DNA of 63,984 bases, filler included, from Craspedostauros australis (Eukaryota): NCBI GenBank assembly GCA_030167865.1. It is 12 parts of 12 records of this genome, joined end to end, with 100 filler letters (N's around TTAATTAATTAA, not from the genome) between each part and the next. Parts side by side here need not be neighbours in the genome. Positions count along the whole stretch, not along the records: positions 53,305 to 62,632 come from JALAGF010005841.1; positions 62,733 to 63,984 come from JALAGF010005944.1; 10 more parts are not named here. One strand, written 5' to 3'. Made by a program: the position numbers and the translations under genes. Numbering within the stretch: position 1 is the stretch's first letter; every line of letters starts with the position of its first letter. The notes under the pieces were generated by a model. The model had not been told where the DNA came from. It saw only the letters and a program-made list of their open reading frames with translations, and did no database searches. Below, piece after piece: positions 59,299 through 63,984 of this stretch.

Positions 59299-62200
59299 AT
59301 CGGTTTTGCTGTCCACAATTCGTGAATGGATCCTCCTGGCATCAACTCGCCACATCCAACCGCTGGGCGCAAAACTGGTGGTTGCATGAGCCAGACGTAC
59401 TGTTTGCGAACGGAAGGTGGTTGTGGTGAGCAAGAACACTTCTCCTGCTGCCAATTCAGTGGTTCTTGTAAGCCATGTGCTGTGTGCCATCGTGTTTTCT
59501 GTAAGCCCCATGCTGGGTACCATTGTGTTTTCCTGAACAGAAGTAATCGGAAAACACTACTTTCTTAGCCAGCGATGTACCGTGTTGTCAACTAGGGTTA
59601 GACATATTTAGCTATATGTCTACGACACCAATACTGGCTGGCTTGTCCTCAACGCGGACAAAAAGCATGACGTCATTGACGGTCGATGACAGACCGAAAT
59701 TGTATTCAATGGTGTGGATGGTGATGTTGTGACAGGTCCAGTGTCGTGTTGATTCCTCACGTTGTTGGTGATTTGGCTCCTTTGGGTGTTTCCTCCTGCC
59801 AGTTTTGTGTCAAGCAGCAAAGCATTGGAGGTGCCATCCCGACATGTCGGCCACAACAGCCACACTTGTGAATGCTATACAACGTAATATTATGCAATGT
59901 AATGGAGGGCAGTGACTTATCCTTTGCTATGCACAACAAAATACAATACTAAATAATACTTGGCTAGTTTGTGAATATTCTACAAAGTCCTGTGCAATCT
60001 GCTTTGTTCCCCTTAGACATGGGATACCATGATCATCTGCTGAGCTGTTGACATGGTGCAGAAAGAGACTGGTGACAGTAGTGCTGTTATCCTTGTTGTT
60101 TCTTGCATCGTGATTCAAGTGCTTGTGGATTCAATACAACCAAAACAAGAAGTAAAGAGGGGGAGCAGATGAGCAACAGGCAGAAGCCAATGATGGCCAT
60201 TGGCGACGATGAGCAGAGAGGAGGTCCAAACACACAGGCAGGGAATAGACCCGAAGCAAGGACAAGGCTGTACTATAGAGTAGGCATATGAAGGGAAGGC
60301 AGCATGTGCTGAATGAAATGTGGACGAAGCTGAATGTCCTGAATCATGAACAGCAGCAGACCGAGCACAAGGCATGATGCAGGTCAAGCTAAGGGAGAGA
60401 GCAAAGGTTGAATTGGGGTGTACCCCCTGTGGATAGCATGGAGCCTGCAACCCTCTCACCACTATATGCATTCTTCTCCACATGGGTTCCATTTATCCAA
60501 AGCCCAGACGAAGCAGCAGCCTCGGCATGCCCACCGCCACCACGCAATCCTCAACCTTTCGTCACAAGAAACCGCCTCACTCCGTGAAATGTGAGTGTGT
60601 CGATGATAGACACGACTGGTCAGCATGTCGAAACACGACTGACGATTCCCAACCCCATTTGCTCTATGACCCGTGTGAGTCAATAGCGGTGCGGTCCCTC
60701 CAGGATTCTTTGATTTTGGACCTTCAATTCAGATGAAACTTGGCAAACATACACTTTAATATGCTTAGATTCATAATACGAGATTGAAGCTCCAGGGAGG
60801 CCTTATTTATAAAGTTATGAGATGATGAAGTTGGGCAGGCTACCTCTAATGGAGCCCACGATCTGTCGTGTTGTTTTTCTCGAGTTTGGGACTATCTCAT
60901 GACTTTTTGGTTTGTTCACGAGTTCGAGAATCTGTTTTTGGTGGGTCGAAGGCAAAACTTGATGCCGAATTCCGCATAGACGGGCAGACGGAAATTATTG
61001 GGGTGCTCACAACATGGTCAACTCGCGGTGTCAACGTGTGCAGCTGTCCCAACTGCTCTTCCCCTCCTCATTCTCGTTTCACTGCGACCAGGATTATGAT
61101 GGTGAAGGCGGTACTTCCAATGGGCGGGGGAGAATCGAGCTTAAAGCTTCTGAAAGAGTGAGGCGACGATGGAGAATGGGATTGACATCCTCAGTCTCGT
61201 GCATTACCGTGTTGTACTGAGGCGAATGTCCTTGTTCACATGTGTTCGATCTCAGTCGTTCAATTCAATCCTTGTCGAAGAAATCGTCCCCAGTCTTTGG
61301 AGTGCATCATTTATGAAGTATTGAAGTACATGTAGTCTTCTGGGTGGCAGTGAGTAAGCTGGAGAAGAAGCAATGGTAGAACCCCTTTAATCGCCATCAA
61401 TCCAAAGCGAGAGTGTCCATTTTAAATATTGGCTCGCGCAACCTCACTAACGTTACTCGTGTTTCATGGCAACGATCTACGCAATTTCTACTACTGAAAA
61501 ATGTGAACGTTTGAAATTCAAATTTGAAATTATCCGGATGGTTCCCGCATTTTGTCATTGACATTCGTAAAACGTCATCATCAGTATTCCTTGTCCAATC
61601 ATTTCGTCTCACCATCATGACGTGTGTATGCGGGTACACGGACAGACAGTATCTGGTTCTCGCAAAGCATTCGAACTCAACAAATTCACTCGCATCGTTC
61701 GGTGAGAGGCGTTGGGTGGACCAACAGATTCGTCCCACCGACACCGTCAACAACAGAAACTGAACAACAACGCAATTGCATCCATCACAGCAAGTCAACC
61801 GGGGCCGCAGGTCAACCTCACCATCAACAATGACTCCATTGTGGCCATCGACGATATGGTCAGTGTGTGCTTAGCAGAATGACACTGCGTAGTTCAGTAT
61901 TGACAGCATCGTCGATGGCCATGAGACACCACCATCTCATGAACACACCAGCAGAGAAATTTACCAAGCTACTCCACCAACATCTACCGCAGCATTGTTA
62001 GCGGATGCAGCAACCATCGTCAACACTTTGTACCGACACACAAGGAACACAAGTATGGTTGAAGGGCAATGGTGGATCTGGAGCTGCATCTCCTTGCACT
62101 CCCACTGCAGGACAAATTCTCATCCTACATGATGTCGCTGGGCAAAGGGCAGTGAAGAGCAGTCGGCAATGCACAACGAGCTGCGAATGGCATGCATCAG

Positions 62201-62732
62201 GGCAACAACAACCTCAATAACACTGACATCACAGCGGCAAGGACAATACTCAGTGAGTTGGTGCATTCAGAGCCTTGTGGATGGCTGCGCATTGCGCCTG
62301 TGGAATGAACATCACAGTAGTCTTCAGAAGTTGTATATTTGGCTGATGGTCAATAGCAGAGCGTCTGGCTGGAAGCAACTGATGGGCAGAGAGCACAGCA
62401 TGCAGTACAGATCTCATCAGTGTATGTCGCAATAGAGGGAGAGCAGTGCATCCCGTCGAAAGCATGAAGGGCAACATCCGGCAGACACCAATGCACATAC
62501 TAATCACTGGCACCACACAGAATGCAGAGTGCAGACTGCTTCCTGAATCAACCAACTGATGAGAAGACTGCATTCAGCAAGATCCGGGAATATTGTTCTT
62601 GATCAACAAGTAGTAGGCAGTTTCCAGAAGAANNNNNNNNNNNNNNNNNNNNNNNNNNNNNNNNNNNNNNNNNNNNTTAATTAATTAANNNNNNNNNNNN
62701 NNNNNNNNNNNNNNNNNNNNNNNNNNNNNNNN

Positions 62733-63984
62733 TGTTCGATGATGTCAGCTAGATCCGTGTATGCGATGAGCTCCTCGGTGTCGTCGTCGCCGTATGCGAT
62801 GAGCATCTTGATGTTGTCATGGTTGGCTGCGTCACCGTCCTTGATCTTGCGGATNNNNNNNNNNNNNNNNNNNNNNNNNNNNNNNNNNNNNNNNNNNNNN
62901 NNNNNNNNNNNNNNNNNNNNNNNNNNNNNNNNNNNNNNNNNNNNNCCTGGATCTGATTCTCCATGTGATGTGGCTACCAGGTCAGATAGTGCATGCACAA
63001 CGGGTTGTCTAGCTTTAGGTGTGCTGTCACTGTCGAAACCTTCTGGATTTTCGGTTTCGCTAGCTTCGTCACCCACGCTACCATCCTCCCCAGAATCAGG
63101 CAGGGGGTAGTCCGCCCGAAGGTTTCGCGCGTCATCAGACACACGTCGGATGCTCGAGCGTGGCAACAGCCGTTGCGTTGCTTCATCTAGTACCCAGAAC
63201 GTCAGTTCGTCACCCTTGTGCTCGCACGGTCCAGCCCAGCGTCCACGCCGTTCTTGTGTGGTGCCAGGGAAGGCAGCATTCCCAACCTTGTAGTAAACCG
63301 GCTCCCACCAGTGGAAGCTGAGGTACTTGCTCACGTCGGGACGTCGGCCAGTGGCGGCTTGGATGGGTGTGATGTGACCGGCTGTGGACTGTGACAGGTG
63401 GTTGAGCAGTCCCACGACGTACAAGGTGCNNNNNNNNNNNNNNNNNNNNNNNNNNNNNNNNNNNNNNNNNNNNNNNNNNTGCATGCACAACGGGTTGTCT
63501 AGCTTTAGGTGTGCTGTCACTGTCGAAATCTTCTGGATTTTCGGTTGCGCTAGCTTCGTCACCCACGTTACCACCCTCCCCAGAATCAGGCAGGGGGTAG
63601 TCCGCCCGAAGGTTGCGCGCGTCATCAGACACACGTCGGATGCTCGAGCGTGGCAACAGCCGTTGCGTTGCATCATCCAGTACCCAGAACGTCAGTTCGT
63701 CACCCTTGTGCTCGCACGGTCCAGCCCAGCGCCCACGGCGTTCTTGCGTGGTGCCAGGGAAGGCAGCGTTCCCAACCTTGTAGTACACCGGCTCCCACCA
63801 GTGGAAGTTGAGATACTTGCTCACGTCGGGACGTTGGCCAGTGGCGGCTTGGATGGGTGTGATGTGACCGGCTGTGGACTGCGACAGGTGGTTGAGTAGC
63901 CCCACGACGTACAAGGTGCAGATGAGCCAGAACCTGGCAGGGGTGCCAGTTCGGTCCATGATGCCGTTGGTGGTGCGCTTGATA
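62733..63984 (-). mobile_element. Copia (CoDi-like) integrase C-terminal fragment, duplicated across a gap
   Basis: IKRTTNGIMDRTGTPARFWLIC, TPIQAATG.RPDVSKYL.FHWWEPVYY, ERRGRWAGPCEHKGDELTFWVL. Confidence 0.85.

Noticed and set aside
5700..62688. Regularly recurring TTAATTAATTAA motif (11 copies)
   Set aside because: Always embedded in N runs. It is an artificial scaffold linker, so neighbourhoods across it are not real synteny.

Overview
This is eukaryotic DNA, most likely a diatom or another ochrophyte. The evidence is a signal peptide followed by an ASAFAP-type plastid-targeting motif, GT-AG introns, diatom-style membrane-anchored LRR proteins and CoDi-like copia elements. The window is not one locus. 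It is about 12 short scaffolds joined by artificial N-TTAATTAATTAA-N spacers, with further internal N gaps that often sit between duplicated contig ends. Mobile DNA dominates. It includes one near-intact Ty1/copia LTR retrotransposon (32668-38799), two decayed copies of a chromodomain-bearing copia family and several other copia fragments. It also includes two large mariner-like transposases, a PIF/Harbinger transposase with an intron, an RNase H-bearing non-LTR fragment and a 2-kb element with about 390-bp inverted termini. Host genes are an LRR membrane protein, an Mpv17/PMP22 protein, a few hypothetical genes and a plastid-targeted pseudogene. The three most notable observations are: (1) a copia element with a candidate programmed -1 gag/pol frameshift (G_GAU_UUU plus hairpin), a half-tRNA-type primer site and a PDZ-like insert between integrase and RT; (2) a DD38D mariner-like family with HMG-box-like and SH3/KOW-like extra segments; (3) the long-TIR element with TGTTG...CAACA ends. 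All domain calls come from motifs read by eye; no database searches were run.
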